DNA of 64,000 nt from Antedon mediterranea (taxonomy: Eukaryota > Animalia > Echinodermata), in the NCBI RefSeq assembly GCF_964355755.1, contig NC_092670.1, positions 6,438,201-6,502,200 on the forward strand, given 5' to 3'. Each line of letters begins with the position of its first letter. Position 1 is the stretch's first letter. Below the pieces are notes generated by a model that had not been told where the DNA came from, did no database searches, and saw nothing but the letters and a program-made list of their open reading frames with translations. This document shows positions 61,601 through 64,000 of the stretch, piece by piece. The position numbers and the translations under genes are program-made.

Positions 61601-61995
61601 ACAATCTTAACTATACTTCGTGTAATTACGTCATTATGGCGAGTCCGTGGGCTCATTATAGTCAATGGACAAAAAATAATGTTCTTAAGAGACTACAGTT
61701 GTTGCGGGAAACGCTCTTGAGATTTAAGAAACGCTGTCCCAACGCACCAGTACTCATGAAAACACCACACCCACGGGAACATAAAAACCAAGCTACACGA
61801 ATTTACATGAGTGATAGATTGTTGTATGATATACATGAACTTTATTTTAATATTTTCTCCGGTTTAGGTATACATATAATCGACATCTGGGATATGAACC
61901 TATCCTATCCACGTATAAATAATGTACATATGCCTATGCAAGTTATTTATCAGGAACTTTTTATGATGTTTTCTCATATATGTCCTGTAACTTGA
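55575..61995 (+). CDS. NXPE3: NXPE family member (neurexophilin and PC-esterase domain; NXPE3-like), about 557 aa
   Basis: join(55575-55640,56135-56206,56738-57444,59968-60026,61226-61995), phases 0,0,2,1 consistent. N-terminal TM anchor, GGDF, GKVTDFNNGTY, LVHPSEAV, catalytic GDSTTRQW, DIWDM and NVHMP. The paralog number is uncertain. Confidence 0.9.
56135..56206 (+). CDS. NXPE3: NXPE coding exon 2 (stem)
   Basis: 72 nt, phase 0/0, TTAG acceptor, AGA/GTAAGT donor. Confidence 0.65.
56432..56570. mobile_element. terminal fragment of the TTAA element at 3714-4311
   Basis: TTAA|AGCTCAGGTAGAGGCATGAATTTTAAATATAATATCTGG matches the reverse complement of 4175-4311. Confidence 0.75.
56738..57444 (+). 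CDS. NXPE3: NXPE coding exon 3 (Ig-like neurexophilin domain)
   Basis: Within ORF 56684-57448; AAACAG acceptor, GG/GTAAGT donor. Confidence 0.92.
57880..59647 (+). mobile_element. 5'-truncated LINE (CR1/L2/Crack-group) with partial reverse transcriptase ORF and 3' UTR
   Basis: ORF 57861-58982 contains GVSQGSIIGPLLFLLFIND, IFADDT and KFLGVTLD; long T-rich 3' UTR ending AATAAAGTTCACAAAGTTCATAA; inside an NXPE intron. Confidence 0.92.
59648..59746. mobile_element. 99-bp MITE
   Basis: TIR AGTTGCGGTACACCACG / CGTGGTGTACCGCTACT, flanked by TAA and TTA. Confidence 0.6.
59968..60026 (+). CDS. NXPE3: NXPE coding exon 4
   Basis: 59 nt, phase 2 to 1, bridging exons 3 and 5 exactly; GDVAYKLLINGTTSVNISLA. 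Confidence 0.82.
60057..60420. mobile_element. Harbinger/Tourist-like MITE interrupted by a LINE 3' end (60151-60350)
   Basis: Family TIRs with TTA flanks; insert ends in (AAAAT)n and is bracketed by CATCAT. Confidence 0.8.
61226..61995 (+). CDS. NXPE3: NXPE coding exon 5 (SGNH/PC-esterase catalytic domain)
   Basis: ORF 61240-61995 extended to the CAACAG acceptor; GDS and NVH motifs; ends SHICPVT*. Confidence 0.93.
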
Positions 61996-62050
61996 AAATT
62001 ACTGACGTTAATTACATTTATTTTAATTAGAAAATAAATTATAAGAAATT

Positions 62051-62238
62051 GCAATCGATCGCGTGTTAAGTTATTTCATATACAGGAGTTTCTAAATTTG
62101 GTAATTCGGATCGAAACGGCACACTCTCGTCCATGCTTACCTTAAGTGAAAGAGCAATCGATCGCGTGCTAAAGTTATTTCCGATACAAGAGTTTCTAAA
62201 TTTCGTAATTCGGATCGAAACAGCACACTCTCGTCCAT
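62051..62238. repeat. direct duplication (period 103 bp) just after the NXPE stop codon
   Basis: GCAATCGATCGCGTG...CACACTCTCGTCCAT occurs at 62051 and 62154. Confidence 0.9.
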
Positions 62239-64000
62239 ATACGTACTAATTATTTATAAAATAACGAGGCTGATTGTCAATGTTTTATTCCAGCTATCTA
62301 GGATTTAGAAATCTTATTCTTGAAGAAAATAACAAGATCTGTTGTCACAAACAACTAGAATTATAGATTGTACAATTTCACTAAAATACTTGTTGTGATC
62401 AATATTTTGAAACTTAAAACTTTTACATTTGTTCATTAGAACATAAACCCAGTTAAAGGAATTTTGGAACCTTTTGACCTTTTGACCTTTTGACCTTAAG
62501 CTTAACCACTTACATTGAATGGATTTTACGAATAATATATCATCACGTTTATTGCATATTCCGTGGACCTCCTGTCACAAAATTCCGTTATTTTTAATCT
62601 ACAGGTAGTAGGCCTAAACTATGATTTATTTGTAATTAGTATAAATTAAAAGAGAGATACCTAAATAAAGGAAATAGATTATAATTATTTCAATAATTTC
62701 TGCACATTGCTTTCAAATATATGGGTTTTATCAGGTAAAATCAAAGCAGGAACATAGAGTTATAATTAAATTAAACAAAAAACACAAGGACACAATTTTG
62801 TTACACATTGTCTTTAATTATTTTAAGGGTATTAAATTAAAACAAATATTGTTTAGGTTTTTATGCAACTGAGCGCCACGACGATTAAAAAAATACTGTA
62901 TTTAGTAAGATATGAATTCCGTATGAACAAACATTTAATAGCCATCAAATGAATATTGTTGAATCAAATATTTTTTTAAAAGAAAGTATGGTTATATAGG
63001 CTATAGGTAGGTGTCCAAAAATGTCTAAATATAAATCATTCCATATTTCAAAGGTCAGTTTTTCTCGACAGCAGTGGAATACGTTTCGTAATAAAATATT
63101 TCTGGGTAGGACTGGTTTTATAAGCATGGATCTAACTAAACTTTGTAAACGAGTTAAATTGAAAGGAGAGGTTTAGTAACATGACAAAATAAACACAAGA
63201 GTAAAAGTTTTTTTTTTCTCTTTTGTGGTTAACCACCACCTTTATTCATTCAATATTTCATACATATTTCGTTCACATTTCATTTTCATACATTACATTT
63301 CCGTTTTCTACTTTTTTCGTTTTTTTCTGATTTTTACTCTTTTAACCTTTATACATTATAGTGTTTTGATTATATGCATACAAAAACCATAACAATCTAC
63401 ACTTCATTTTGTACGTGATATAATACTGTACATTTTAAAATACAAATATGGATGCCACTTATAAGTTACAACATGCCTAGTGTATTCATATCTTTTAAAA
63501 TAGATTTAAACTGAATCCAGGGATTCTGGCATACAGGTTTTTTAAGTTCAGTTTTAATTTTAATTATGTATATGACGTACACAGCTATTGGATACAATTG
63601 ATTTTTTAATTCCTAACAGGAGTTCTTTGAACAAGCTACTGCTGTTATCTAGCTTTTTAAATATATTGTCAATTTTTTTTCCACAGTATTTGATTACGTC
63701 TACAATAGGCTAGTCAATCTAGCATTTTGAGTGAAACAAATTGCAAACAGAGATTTTTTTTTTTTAAATGGTTACATATGATAAGGTGATTATTTTTTGA
63801 GCATCACACCTCTGACACTCATCTCGAAGGTATGCAAATTAGCTTAAATATGCAAATTAGGGTGAAATTACAGGGTTACCATATCTTAAAAACTACTAAT
63901 CGTAGAGAGTTCATTTTTGCACAGTCTGGTTCAGAATATATACATCTATATTTGCTCTAATGAGACATTTTACATAAAAATGTCCGGAAGTACCAAATTT

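Noticed and set aside
63780-64000. Probable start of another DNA transposon (two ATGCAAATTAG motifs)
   Set aside because: The other end is outside the window, so TIR and TSD cannot be verified.

Overview
AT-rich, intron-rich animal DNA. By inference it is a marine invertebrate; the TAGGCCTA-rich texture and an NXPE gene suggest an echinoderm. Three spliced genes can be assembled by hand: a WASP-interacting protein/verprolin gene (WIPF family, + strand, CDS 13469-21780, about 463 aa, with candidate alternative 3' exons), a convergent LRRC46-like gene (- strand, 38636-27423, 7 exons, about 295 aa) and an NXPE-family SGNH acyltransferase-like gene (+ strand, 55575-61995, 5 coding exons, about 557 aa). 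The rest is a dense mosaic of non-autonomous DNA transposons (Tc2-, Harbinger-, Mutator-, Kolobok-, Sola- and Helentron-like), LINE fragments, 5S- and tRNA-derived SINEs and minisatellites. The most unusual signal comes from comparing paralogous repeat copies within the window: TACAGTA and TAGGCCTA motifs appear repeatedly as small insertions at TA sites, resembling transposon excision scars. The two scar classes seem to segregate spatially, and the GGCC class piles up next to gene 5' ends. Other notable items are a 2-kb inverted transposon pair filling an LRRC46 intron, a composite 5S+tRNA SINE whose empty site lies nearby, a minisatellite born on a transposon end, and a duplicated splice acceptor. 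All gene models and coordinates were derived by eye, without alignment tools.
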